Assembly (NCBI GenBank): GCA_050174015.1
Contig: JBFXKG010000008.1
Coordinates: forward strand, 64,001-128,000
Length of the DNA stretch: 64,000 nucleotides
Origin: Candidatus Krumholzibacteriia bacterium
Lineage (GTDB): Bacteria; Krumholzibacteriota; Krumholzibacteriia; LZORAL124-64-63
Direction of reading: 5' to 3'
Shown piece after piece: positions 19,785 to 29,343 of the stretch. The translations under genes and the position numbers were made by a program. Below the pieces are notes generated by a model that did no database searches, was not told the DNA's origin, and saw only the letters and a list, made by a program, of their open reading frames with translations. Positions within the stretch are counted from its first letter, which is position 1, and each line of letters opens with the position of its first letter.

Positions 19785-20873
19785 TCAATTCCGGGGCAGG
19801 CTGTCCAGGCTGTCGATCACGGAGTAGATCTTCCGCTTGGACCGCCGGAATTCCATGATCTGCCGCACATGCGGCAAGTAGTTCCAGGACCGCGCCAGCA
19901 TCCTCATCCGCATCCTGATCCGGTTGCTTCGGTGACCCGATCTCACCCGAGCCGCGATGCGGTCAGCGAACCGGCACTCCGAATCGTCTTGGAGACAGGC
20001 AGCCAGAAGGGTGTCCAGTTCGTCGAGATAGGCCTGAAGGTGCGGCGTGGGCACCGGCTGGAACCTGTCGTTGAGATAGCAGGGCACCGTCCGGTGCGAC
20101 AGGCCCGTCTCCCCGACCTCGACCTGGAGGACGGCGGTGGGCCGGTTGTCCCTGATCTTCTGGTCGAAGATGAAATTGCCGAGGCTCGGGGCGAAAACCT
20201 TGCTACCGTCGCCGTGGACTCCCTGGACCTGGTGCGAGTGGTGGCCATGGATGATGGTGCAGCCGGCCTCCAGGATCAGCCGGCCGTACCGGACGACATA
20301 GGCCGGGGGGATGTTGGTGTATTCCTCGCCCCAGTGGATGGAGACAACGAGAAGGTCGATTGCCGCGCAGGCCTCCCGCACCACTCCGACGATCCGCTCG
20401 ATCATGGCTTCGCGGTCCTCCGCCGGGAAATTGGAGATGTTGTAGCCCAGGAAACCGAGTTTTCTGCCGCCGTGGGCCAGGACGACGGGCTCCTCCTGGA
20501 AGAAGACCCCGCGGTCGTAGCCGATGATGGCGATCCCCTGGTCGCGGACCAGATCACAGGACCGCGCGAAGGCCTCCCGACCGTGGTCCAGGGCGTGGTT
20601 GTTGGCCGTGTTGACGACGTTGATCCGGTTTGCAGTCAGGAAGCGGATGTACCGCTCGGGCGAGATCAGGATCCGGTCGAAGGGCGGTTCAAGGATCGAG
20701 GCGTCGCTGAGGACGCATTCCAGGTTGATCACGTTGAAGTCGGCATCCTGCAGCAGCGGTTTGACCGGCTCGAAGGGATCGGCGCCGGTGCGTTCAAGGG
20801 AGGTGATCAGCCCGCTGCCCAGGTTTTCCAGCAGCTCGGCGAACATCACGTCCCCCATGAAGTTCAGCTTCAT
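19785..20873 (-). CDS. CapA/PgsA-family metallophosphatase-fold protein
   Basis: 'GDVM', 'NLEC', 'ANNHALD', 'HWGEE', 'GHHSH', 'SLGNFIF'. Confidence 0.88.
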   Translation of the reverse strand: MKLNFMGDVMFAELLENLGSGLITSLERTGADPFEPVKPLLQDADFNVINLECVLSDASILEPPFDRILISPERYIRFLTANRINVVNTANNHALDHGREAFARSCDLVRDQGIAIIGYDRGVFFQEEPVVLAHGGRKLGFLGYNISNFPAEDREAMIERIVGVVREACAAIDLLVVSIHWGEEYTNIPPAYVVRYGRLILEAGCTIIHGHHSHQVQGVHGDGSKVFAPSLGNFIFDQKIRDNRPTAVLQVEVGETGLSHRTVPCYLNDRFQPVPTPHLQAYLDELDTLLAACLQDDSECRFADRIAARVRSGHRSNRIRMRMRMLARSWNYLPHVRQIMEFRRSKRKIYSVIDSLDSLPRN

Positions 20874-20877
20874 TCGG

Positions 20878-21903
20878 TCACCCCATGATCTTCAGCAAAC
20901 GGTCACGGACCGAGTCGCTGGTGAAGTTGGCCCGCGCGAAACGAACGCCGTTCGCGGAAATCTCCTCCAGATCGTCCCGTCCCAGGAGCTCCCGGATCTT
21001 GGCGACCATCACCTCGACGTCCCCGGGAGGGATGAACACGCCGTTGAATCCGTCCCGGATGATTTCGCCTACGGATCCCACGGGACTGACCAGGGGAATG
21101 CAGCCCAGGATTGTCGATTCGATCAGGGTCATGGGGAATTCGTCCCGGTAGGTGGGGAAAAGCAGGAATTTCGACCGGGAATAGAATGCAAATTTACGGT
21201 CATCGTAGATGGGGCCGACCCAATCCACATTGGGGAGGTCGGCTAACCTGGTGCGGAACTCCTCCTCCTGGGTTAGGTCCGCGAAATTCCCAACCATGAC
21301 GAAGGTTCGCTCCGGCAAGCGCCGCGCAACCTCCAGGATGTCGAAGATCCCCTTTTCGTGGTCCATGCGGCCGATGAACAGGATGTCTTCCCGCGCGTTC
21401 ACCGGGGGGATTGTCGGAGACAGGCCCTCGGCGTTGATGAAGTTGGGGACGACGAAGGTGGTTCCCCTCCAGCCGTTGTCCGATAGGCTCTTCCGGCAAG
21501 GCTCGGTCAGCAGGATCATCTTGTCGATGTAGCGTTCGGAGTCGAGAATCTGCCGGAACTGGCGCAGAGTGCATGACCCCTGAAGGTCGGCCTTGGCGTG
21601 GAAGTGGGCTATGGTCTCGCGGCGCAGAAGCTTGGCCCAAAGCAAAAAGAGGCTCTGGTGCAGGTACCCCGTCTGGGCAAGCTGCAGATAGACGACCGGG
21701 GGACGGTGGATCAGGATGATGACGATGGTCCAGAGGTAGGCCAGAGGGTAGGCCAGGATCATGGGCAGGCGGGACTTGAAACGATCGGTGTCCAGGCGCA
21801 GACAGCGGTGTCCCGCCTCCATGGCGACCTTGATCACCTCGTTGTTGATGGTGGCGACTCCGCCCCCGGTGGAGTCGCCGATGAAAAGAATGGTCCTGCT
21901 CAT
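20878..21903 (-). CDS. Glycosyltransferase family 4
   Basis: 'FIGRMDHEKG', 'DEFPMTLIE'; ATGA coupling to the upstream gene. Confidence 0.85.
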   Translation of the reverse strand: MSRTILFIGDSTGGGVATINNEVIKVAMEAGHRCLRLDTDRFKSRLPMILAYPLAYLWTIVIILIHRPPVVYLQLAQTGYLHQSLFLLWAKLLRRETIAHFHAKADLQGSCTLRQFRQILDSERYIDKMILLTEPCRKSLSDNGWRGTTFVVPNFINAEGLSPTIPPVNAREDILFIGRMDHEKGIFDILEVARRLPERTFVMVGNFADLTQEEEFRTRLADLPNVDWVGPIYDDRKFAFYSRSKFLLFPTYRDEFPMTLIESTILGCIPLVSPVGSVGEIIRDGFNGVFIPPGDVEVMVAKIRELLGRDDLEEISANGVRFARANFTSDSVRDRLLKIMG

Positions 21904-23291
21904 GATGCGTGCAGCTTCACCTTGTTGAGGACGAACCGCGACTTGCCGGCCTTGCTGACCTCGATCTCATCCGTGCGGACGATCTCGACCGCCATTTCCC
22001 CGAAGAAGACCCTTTCCATGGACGTCTTGAGCACCTCCCGGTACCGGTTGAATGTCTCCTGGTCCGTCTGCAGGTAGACTCGGACCAGATTCTCGGTCTC
22101 CTGGACGACCTGGCCCTTCTGGATGTCGCTGATGTCCTGGTGGATGAAGGCGTAGACCACGGCGCTGGGGGAGATCTTCCTCCCGCTCGGCGTGATGATC
22201 CAGTCCTCGTTCTTGGTGATCACCGGGGAGATGATCGGCAGGGTGCGCCCGCATGAACATTGGAGGTCCGGTTGCGGTTCGATCATGTCCCCGATCTGGT
22301 AACGGATCAGGGGCATGGCGGTATTCACCAGGGTGGTGGCGGCCGCGGGTTGGACGGGATCGAGGATTCCGAACTGGCCCTCGAGATAACCATCGACGAT
22401 GGATAGGTGGTAGCGCCCGGCTTGACACTGGGCGGCGGAAACGATCTTCTCGCCGGAGCCGAAGAGCCCTCGGATCTCGGCTTTCATGACCTCACGGATC
22501 AGGATCTCCTGATGGGCGTGCATGGGTTCGCTGGAAAACAGGACATGCTTGAGATCCCAGTCCATGGTGAAGTCGGAATCCTTCAGGTAGCTGCAGAGGA
22601 TTTCCAGTGAGGACGGGTAGCCCATGAGGAAGGCCGGGCGGCGCCGGCGCAGCATGGCGCCGATTCGGCGGGCGGTTCCGGCGTTGAGATGAAAGGTGGA
22701 CAGGTAGATCTTCCGGTCCGTGTGGGAGACGATCCAGGGTTTTCCGGGGTCTTTTTCCGTGAGCGGCACCACCGGATCACCGACCAACCGGGCGATCCAA
22801 TCGCCCGGCTCGTAACCCGCCCAGACCGTCCGGCGCCACCAGAGGGCGTCGGTCAGCCGGGCGGCCTCGGGGGCCATGTGGATCTGGAACGGGGTCCCGG
22901 TGGTCCCGGAGGTCAGGGAGATCCCGCACTTCCCACGCTTCCGGGCCAGGAAGGCCTCAGGATCCCTGTTGATGAATTCCTTGCTGGTGATGGGCAGTTC
23001 CTGAAGGACAGCAAAGGCTCCCCGACGTTCGAGGTCCCTCTTCAGCGAGGCGTACTTGGAGTAGAACGGGACGTTGTCGAAGGCATGGACGAGGATCCGT
23101 TTCAAACGGACTTCGACCAGTTCCACCTGCTGATCGCGGCCGAGATTCTCCGTGTGGGCGAGGTCCTCCAGCATCCTGTCGTAAGTGCGGAATTCACGGT
23201 TCCTCTTGTATCCGAAGGCGTTGACGTACAGCGACCTCAGGAACCGGGGCGATCGGTTGTAAATCGTCTGCAACGTGCTCATCGAAGCCAT
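21900..23291 (-). CDS. Second phenylacetate-CoA ligase family (CapK-like) enzyme
   Basis: 'TSGTTGTP', 'GYPSS', 'MPLIRYQIGD', 'CSCGRTL', C-terminal 'AGK'. Confidence 0.85.
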   Translation of the reverse strand: MASMSTLQTIYNRSPRFLRSLYVNAFGYKRNREFRTYDRMLEDLAHTENLGRDQQVELVEVRLKRILVHAFDNVPFYSKYASLKRDLERRGAFAVLQELPITSKEFINRDPEAFLARKRGKCGISLTSGTTGTPFQIHMAPEAARLTDALWWRRTVWAGYEPGDWIARLVGDPVVPLTEKDPGKPWIVSHTDRKIYLSTFHLNAGTARRIGAMLRRRRPAFLMGYPSSLEILCSYLKDSDFTMDWDLKHVLFSSEPMHAHQEILIREVMKAEIRGLFGSGEKIVSAAQCQAGRYHLSIVDGYLEGQFGILDPVQPAAATTLVNTAMPLIRYQIGDMIEPQPDLQCSCGRTLPIISPVITKNEDWIITPSGRKISPSAVVYAFIHQDISDIQKGQVVQETENLVRVYLQTDQETFNRYREVLKTSMERVFFGEMAVEIVRTDEIEVSKAGKSRFVLNKVKLHAS

Positions 23292-23606
23292 TCTTTCGGT
23301 TCAGCGCTCCGTCGGCCGGTCCAGGGCCGGCGCCCTGCCTTGAATGGATCGGTCCGGGGCGCAGGATCTTGAATCGATTCCCATCCATCCAGCCACCGAG
23401 ACCCACACTCTCTACCCGGGGGGAGGCCAACCCGACCAATGGGGCAAAGACAGGGGTCAAAAGATAGCGTGACGGAAACGGATTGCCAATAGTGGGAATT
23501 GACCTTGCAGAGGCTGAATCCCTTGATGATAGAATGATTGAGTCGTTTGTGTGCGTGGCCCTCGGGATGTAGCTTGACAACGGATATTACCTGAAACCGG
23601 AGAGTC

Positions 23607-24461
23607 ATGGATTATCGGATCGCTGGCGTCTCGTTCCTGAACACCATTCCCCTCATCGAGGGCCTCAGGGCCGAGTCCGGCTGGGGCGAACTCTCCCTGG
23701 GGATTCCCAGCCTCCTGGCCGACCGCCTGGCTGATGGGAGGACCGACGTCGCTCTCGTCCCGGCTGCCGAAATCCTGAGGGGCCGGACGGGAGGTCTGCT
23801 CAGTCCCACCGGAATCGCGTGCAAGGGCCCGGTAAACAGTGTCGCCCTTTTCGCGGCGGGAGCCCCGGCGGACCTCGGTCGTGTCCGGGCTGATCGCGGT
23901 TCCCGGTCCTCCGTCGCATTGCTGAAGATCCTCCTCGCCGAGGTTTACGGGGCCTATCCGGAATTCGTCACCGTGGAACCTGAACCAGGTCGGCCTTTGC
24001 TCAGGGGGGAAGGGGCGCTCATCATCGGGGACCGGTGTTTCGCCCAACAGGCCTTCATGGTGAAGGATGACTGCAACGACCTGAAAATGTTCGACTTAGG
24101 GGAGCTTTGGCTTGAGTTGACCGGGTTGCCGTTCGTCTTCGCGGCCTGGGCGGCCGCACCCGATCTGGCCCGGCGCCGGCCATCGGTTGAGGTTGCTGGT
24201 CTGTGCCGACTCCTGACCGAGGCGAGGGATTATGGATTGGTGAGACTGGATGAACTGGCTGCCCGGGAGGCCTCCCTTGGCAAACTTGGGCACGGAGGGG
24301 AGGCGAGTTCCGAGGCCATCGCTTATTATTTCAAGCATTCCTTGCGCTTCGTCATTGGAGAGGAGGAGTTGGCGGGCATGAAACGGTTCCACGAACTTGG
24401 TCGCCGGCACGGTCTGGTTCCGGACCTTCCCTTTCCCGAACTGCTGTTCCCGAGGAGTTGA
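23607..24461 (+). CDS. mqnA: Chorismate dehydratase (futalosine menaquinone pathway)
   Basis: 'VSFLNTIPL', 'GPVNSV', 'SRSSVAL', 'LIIGD', 'DLGELW', 'TGLPFVFA'; adjacent to mqnC. Confidence 0.88.
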   Translation: MDYRIAGVSFLNTIPLIEGLRAESGWGELSLGIPSLLADRLADGRTDVALVPAAEILRGRTGGLLSPTGIACKGPVNSVALFAAGAPADLGRVRADRGSRSSVALLKILLAEVYGAYPEFVTVEPEPGRPLLRGEGALIIGDRCFAQQAFMVKDDCNDLKMFDLGELWLELTGLPFVFAAWAAAPDLARRRPSVEVAGLCRLLTEARDYGLVRLDELAAREASLGKLGHGGEASSEAIAYYFKHSLRFVIGEEELAGMKRFHELGRRHGLVPDLPFPELLFPRS

Positions 24462-25714
24462 TCTTGCGCCCCGCTGACGGTCCCCCCGAACACGGCCCCA
24501 TGGATCCCGTCCGCTACCGGGAACTCGTGGAATTGAAATTCCGCTCCCTCGATGACGAGGTCCCCTTCGAGCCGGAGGTCGAGCCCGCACGGGTGCCTGC
24601 GGTCTCCACCCCCTTCGCCCGGGAGATCCTGGACGAGGCGCTGGAGCGGCGGCTCGACGGGGGCGAACTGCTGGTCCTGTTCGAGGAAGCCTCCCTGCAC
24701 GACCTGGGCCGCACCGCCCATCAGCTGCGCCTGCGCCGCAGCGACCCGGGCATCGTGACCTACATCATCGACCGCAACGTCACCTACACCAACCTGTGCT
24801 ACGCCGACTGCGGTTTCTGCGCCTTCAACCGGCACCAGGGCGACGGCGACGACTACCTGCTCAGCCCGGAGGAGATCGGCGAGAAGTGTCGCACCGTGGT
24901 CGAGGCCGGGGGCAACCAGATCCTGCTCCAGGGCGGGCATCACCCCAAGAAGCGGCTGGACTACTACGAGGACATGCTGCGGGGCATCAAGCGTCAGTGG
25001 CCGCAGATCTGGATCCACGGGTTCTCGCCCAGCGAGATCCAGCACTTCGCGCGGCTCAACCGCCTGAGCGAGCTGGAGGTCATCGGGAGGCTCAAGGAAG
25101 CCGGCCTGGATTCGGTCCCCGGCGGCGGCGCCGAGATCCTCAGCGACCGGGTGCGGCGGATCATCGCCCCGGGCAAGACCATGAGCGGCGAGTGGATCGA
25201 CATCATGGAGAAGGCCCACCGGGTCGGCCTGCCCACCACGGTGACGATGATGTTCGCCCACATCGAGAGCTACGCCGAGCGGGTGGAGCACTTCCTGCGG
25301 GTGCGCGAGAGCCAGGACCGCACCGGCGGGTACACCGCCTTCATCCCCTGGACCTTCCAGCCCGGGGGCACCCCCATGATGCAGAAACCGGAGATCCGCG
25401 CCCGGGTGGAGGCCCACGGGTACCTGGGCAGCGTGGACTACCTGCGGACCCTGGCCCTGAGCCGCATCGCCCTGGACAACTTCGCCAACATCCAGGCCTC
25501 CTGGGTGACCCAGGGCAAGGCCATCGGCCAGATGACCCTCTACTTCGGCGCCAACGACCTGGGCAGCCTGATGATGGAGGAGAGCGTGGTCTCGGCGGCG
25601 GGCGTCAGCCACCCCTTGACCCGCAGGGACCTGGACGAGATGATCACGGGGGCCGGATTCCAGCCGGCTCTGAGGGACAACGGCTACAACCTGGTCGGCG
25701 ACCGGCCGTCCTGA
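24458..25714 (+). CDS. mqnC: Cyclic dehypoxanthinyl futalosine synthase (radical SAM)
   Basis: 'IDRNVTYTNLCYADCGFCAF' (CxxxCxxC), 'LLQGGHHP', 'PGGGAEIL', 'FIPWTFQ', 'NIQASWVTQG'; start may be ATG 24500. Confidence 0.88.
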   Translation: MILRPADGPPEHGPMDPVRYRELVELKFRSLDDEVPFEPEVEPARVPAVSTPFAREILDEALERRLDGGELLVLFEEASLHDLGRTAHQLRLRRSDPGIVTYIIDRNVTYTNLCYADCGFCAFNRHQGDGDDYLLSPEEIGEKCRTVVEAGGNQILLQGGHHPKKRLDYYEDMLRGIKRQWPQIWIHGFSPSEIQHFARLNRLSELEVIGRLKEAGLDSVPGGGAEILSDRVRRIIAPGKTMSGEWIDIMEKAHRVGLPTTVTMMFAHIESYAERVEHFLRVRESQDRTGGYTAFIPWTFQPGGTPMMQKPEIRARVEAHGYLGSVDYLRTLALSRIALDNFANIQASWVTQGKAIGQMTLYFGANDLGSLMMEESVVSAAGVSHPLTRRDLDEMITGAGFQPALRDNGYNLVGDRPS

Positions 25715-25744
25715 TCCGCCCAGTCCGGGCTCCGGGGATCATCC

Positions 25745-26608
25745 TTGAAACTGGCCTCCACCGACGGCATCGGATTCCGGGAGAAGCAGGGCTTCCGGTT
25801 CTTCCGCCTGCGCAAGAGGGTCGGCCAGTTCCTGCGCTACCGGCCCGGCCAGGACAAGACCGTCCTGCTGGTGGTCGGCTGCCAGCGCAGCGGAACCTCC
25901 ATGATCCACCACCTGTTCCGCCTCGACCCCTCCACCGTCACCTACGACGAGGTCAGCATCCTGTCGGCGGGCGACCGGACCCAGCACCTGCGCTGGACCG
26001 ATCCGGACCTCGCGGTGTCCCGCATCGCCCGCGACCGGTCCCCCTTCGTGGTGGCCAAGCCCCTGGTCGAGAGCCAGAAGCTGTTGTTCTGGCTGGACCT
26101 GCTGCCGAACGGCAAGGCCCTGTGGATGGTCCGCCACTACGCCGACGTGGCGTCCTCCAACGTGAAGTACTTCGGCGAGCGCAACGGGTTCGACGATCTC
26201 GAGCCCATCCTCCGCGCCGATCCGGCGGACTGGCGGGCCGAAAACCTGGATCCCGCCGAGGCGGAGATCATCCGCGGGCTCCATCGCCCGGACATGCCTC
26301 CCCACGACGCCGCCGCCCTGTTCTGGTACGCCCGCAACAGCCTCTTCTTCTCCCAGGGTCTGGACGGCGATGACCGTGTCCGGGCCTGCAGTTACGACGA
26401 TCTGGTGACCGATCCGGGCACGGTGATGAAGGCGGCCTACAGTTTCGTGGGGCGACCCTACCCCGGCGATCGTATCCTGGGGGACGTGTTCTCGGGTTCG
26501 GTCGGCCTGGGGCGGGACGTCCCCCTGACCCCCGCGGTCCGGGACCTGTGCGAAGGCATGCTTGCCAGGTTCGCAGCGGTTCCCCGCCTGTTCCGCCCCG
26601 TTCCCTGA
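25745..26608 (+). CDS. Sulfotransferase family protein
   Basis: PAPS-binding loop 'VVGCQRSGTS', 'MVRHYADVASS', 'YDDLVTDP'. Confidence 0.8.
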   Translation: MKLASTDGIGFREKQGFRFFRLRKRVGQFLRYRPGQDKTVLLVVGCQRSGTSMIHHLFRLDPSTVTYDEVSILSAGDRTQHLRWTDPDLAVSRIARDRSPFVVAKPLVESQKLLFWLDLLPNGKALWMVRHYADVASSNVKYFGERNGFDDLEPILRADPADWRAENLDPAEAEIIRGLHRPDMPPHDAAALFWYARNSLFFSQGLDGDDRVRACSYDDLVTDPGTVMKAAYSFVGRPYPGDRILGDVFSGSVGLGRDVPLTPAVRDLCEGMLARFAAVPRLFRPVP

Positions 26609-26621
26609 CCGGGAATTCAAT

Positions 26622-26636
26622 CGGAACGGAAATTGC
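26622..26636 (+). promoter_or_regulatory. Sigma-54-type -24/-12 promoter
   Basis: CGGAAC-GGAAA-TTGC has exact GG-N10-GC spacing, about 70 nt upstream of the lipoprotein ATG. Confidence 0.5.
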
Positions 26637-26706
26637 CTCCATTGTGCGAATTGGCGGAATGAACCCGCATTTTGCAAGAAATCCAGGCCCTCCGGCGGTG
26701 GGAAAT

Positions 26707-27978
26707 ATGCAAAGGAAAAAGCTTCTGATGGCGGTTTGGTCGCTCCTGGCCCTGGGTCTCGCCCTGTCGGCCTGTTACAACCCCATGTCCCCCGTGGAGA
26801 TCAACGCTCTGAGCGCTTCGCCCATCTCGGATCGGTCCATCCCCATCGCAGCCCTGGACTATTCAGTGGGCGATTTGACCGATCCGGACGTGGTGGCCAA
26901 GCTGGCCCGGGCCGACCTGCTGGTCCTGGGCACCTGGCAGTTCTGGGAAACCGACGTCGACCTGAGCCACATCCGAGCCGCCAACCCCGACATCAAGATC
27001 CTTGCCTATTTCCGCACCAAGTGCATCAGATCAATCTGGGCGCCCGAAGATGACAGCCAGAACCAGTACACTCAGCAACTCTATCGGGCTGCCATACCCT
27101 ATCTGGTCTCCACGACCGAAGGCGACACGGCATCGGACTGGTATGGAACCTATCTCTACGATTTTACCAATCCTCAGGCCAGGATTGATATGTTGGAGAT
27201 TTTTGCTCACTTCCAGGAGACTTCAACGAACCAGTTCGATGGTGTATTTTGGGATTATTTTTCGCCTACTCTTTGGATCCCTTACAACCTGGAGAATGTT
27301 TACGGTCGGCCCGACATGGACGGTGACGGGATCGCTCATCACGATGACCCCGACGAGATCGAACGATTCCTCCGCGGACAGGAGGCCTGGATCGACGAGA
27401 TGCGGGCGCGGCTGGGAGAAGACTTCATCCAGATCGCCAACGGGGTGCGGGCCCTGCAGGATTCGACCTTTGCGGCCAAGGTCGATGGGATGTTCTACGA
27501 GGACTTTCCAGCCCAGGGGTTCAACGGAATGGACGAGTTCCGGATGGCTCTCGATCCGGCCCAGTTCAACAACCTGTGGGCGGCTCACAACTGGCCGAGG
27601 ACCAGGAACGGCGGGCCGTGGTTGATTTTGTCCCATTATCAGAGTGCCGGCGTCTTTTTCGGCCCACCGCCGGATTACTTGCCGACCGTGATCGACGCTG
27701 ATGATTTGACGCGGGCCGTAGCCCTGCTGACCGACGCATCTGCCATAACCTACGAAGGGGACGGTGGTGTCCGGGACGCCGGCGTCCCCGAGGTGGAGTA
27801 CAACCTCGGCCCCCCCCTCGGCGGCGTCCAGAACAACTACCCGTACTACCGCCGGGATTTCGAGCGGGGCTACATCACCTTGACCATGCGGACAGGCGCC
27901 TATCCTTTCCCCTTCGACTTCGAGGTCTGGCAGGACGGCGTCATGATCCATCGGTCGCCGTATCCCGCGGCGAAATAG
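26707..27978 (+). CDS. Lipoprotein, putative glycoside hydrolase (GHL15-like TIM barrel)
   Basis: Lipobox 'LSAC'; 'IRAANPDIKILAY', 'FDGVFWD', 'IANG', 'DGMFYEDF', C-terminal 'YRRDFERG'. Confidence 0.6.
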   Translation: MQRKKLLMAVWSLLALGLALSACYNPMSPVEINALSASPISDRSIPIAALDYSVGDLTDPDVVAKLARADLLVLGTWQFWETDVDLSHIRAANPDIKILAYFRTKCIRSIWAPEDDSQNQYTQQLYRAAIPYLVSTTEGDTASDWYGTYLYDFTNPQARIDMLEIFAHFQETSTNQFDGVFWDYFSPTLWIPYNLENVYGRPDMDGDGIAHHDDPDEIERFLRGQEAWIDEMRARLGEDFIQIANGVRALQDSTFAAKVDGMFYEDFPAQGFNGMDEFRMALDPAQFNNLWAAHNWPRTRNGGPWLILSHYQSAGVFFGPPPDYLPTVIDADDLTRAVALLTDASAITYEGDGGVRDAGVPEVEYNLGPPLGGVQNNYPYYRRDFERGYITLTMRTGAYPFPFDFEVWQDGVMIHRSPYPAAK

Positions 27979-27999
27979 CTGGGTATCCGAGAGAAGGGG

Positions 28000-28030
28000 A
28001 AAACCGGCCGGGCCACCGGCCGGTTTTATT
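28000..28030. terminator. Bidirectional Rho-independent terminator
   Basis: AAAACCGGCCGG-gcca-CCGGCCGGTTTT perfect 12-bp inverted repeat between convergent genes. Confidence 0.85.
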
Positions 28031-28031
28031 A

Positions 28032-29312
28032 TCAGATGAAGGACGTGAGCCAGTCCGAGCCGTAGATCTCCCGGGGGAAGATCTTGGGCACCAGACCGTA
28101 GAGGAACTGGCGCAGCTTCAGGGCCAGATGGCTGGCGTCGTGGGCCCCGCAGACGGTGCGCAGGTAGCTCTCGATGGTGAAGATCTGGATCTCGACCGGA
28201 TAACGATATGGCCGCCCGCCGTCCTCGCAGAGGATGTCCACGTCCCCCTTGAAGACCTTGAAGGACTTGCTGCTGAAGGTGTTCAGCTCGGCGCCCTCCG
28301 GAGCCTCGTTCAGGGTGTCGGTGACGTTGCGCCAGCCGAGGGGCGTGCCGATGCACGAATCCAGCAGGCCCAGCAGGTCGTTCAGCGCCTCGTTGTCGTT
28401 GACGATGAACATGGCCCCGATGATGTCGCCGATCTCGTCGGGGTTGTTGATGCCCTTGCGGATCATCTTGGAGAGGATGGATCCGCTGGTCTCCTGGCGC
28501 ATGTCACCCCAGCGGACGCTCTCGACCACCCGTCGCGCACCGTCCACGACCTCGAAGCTGATGGGCGTGACCGCGCGCTTGAACCGGCAGTTGTAGTAGA
28601 GGACGTCCAGGGCGAGGGTGCGGCCGCCGACGGGCTTCTCGATGAAGGTCGATCGGAAGTCCCAGCGCTGGTCGCCGGGCTCCGGCCGCGTGGAGTACAG
28701 GATGCGGTCACCGTCGGGATCGAGGTGGAAACCTATGGTGATGTCGTGGATCTGCTTCGTGTACTTCCAGAGCCCTTCGTTCAGCAGGTTCTCGAAGTTG
28801 GTCTTGTGATTGGGGCCTTCCTGGATGAGGCGGGTGTGGTCGATCTGCAAAAGCATCTGGGCCAGGTACAGCTTGCGCCGGGCCTCGTAGCGCAGGCGTT
28901 CGGATTCGCCGTAGAAGGAAAGGCCCATGAGATCCCGGACGTCCTTGCAGGAGGTCACCACGGGCAAGGGCAGCACGGCGTCCCGGCAATCGTGGGGCAA
29001 AAGCTCGATGGTCGAGGCGAGGTAGATGTCCGCTTCCACCAGGTACTCCGCAGCCATGGCCTGGAGTTCCCTGGCCCCAATGCCCTCGGCCTGGGCCGAG
29101 CCCAGGGGATAGAACAGCCGGGCCAGCTCCCGTCGATAGATCTCGTCGTCCTTGAGGACCCGCCGGTACGCCAGGCGGGTCAGGGTCTGCAGGCGGGAGG
29201 GCCGCCGGGTGAACCCGGGGTCCAGAAGAGGGTGGGCGGTGTAGTCCACCGCCCACATGTCCTTCTCGCTCTGGTGGTTGATCTTGGTGACGTCGATCCA
29301 GCTCTGGTACAT
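28032..29312 (-). CDS. RelA/SpoT-fold nucleotidyltransferase-like protein (TIGR04552-like)
   Basis: 'SILSKMIRKG', 'EIGDIIG', 'VEIQIFT', 'ASHLALKLRQ'; AGAGG RBS. Confidence 0.6.
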   Translation of the reverse strand: MYQSWIDVTKINHQSEKDMWAVDYTAHPLLDPGFTRRPSRLQTLTRLAYRRVLKDDEIYRRELARLFYPLGSAQAEGIGARELQAMAAEYLVEADIYLASTIELLPHDCRDAVLPLPVVTSCKDVRDLMGLSFYGESERLRYEARRKLYLAQMLLQIDHTRLIQEGPNHKTNFENLLNEGLWKYTKQIHDITIGFHLDPDGDRILYSTRPEPGDQRWDFRSTFIEKPVGGRTLALDVLYYNCRFKRAVTPISFEVVDGARRVVESVRWGDMRQETSGSILSKMIRKGINNPDEIGDIIGAMFIVNDNEALNDLLGLLDSCIGTPLGWRNVTDTLNEAPEGAELNTFSSKSFKVFKGDVDILCEDGGRPYRYPVEIQIFTIESYLRTVCGAHDASHLALKLRQFLYGLVPKIFPREIYGSDWLTSFI

Positions 29313-29343
29313 GCCTCTCGCTTCGCTTCCGCCACCGGGCCGA

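Noticed and set aside
23474..23488. Minus-strand TGGCAA-TCCGT-TTCC upstream of the CapK operon
   Set aside because: The conserved GC at -12 is missing.
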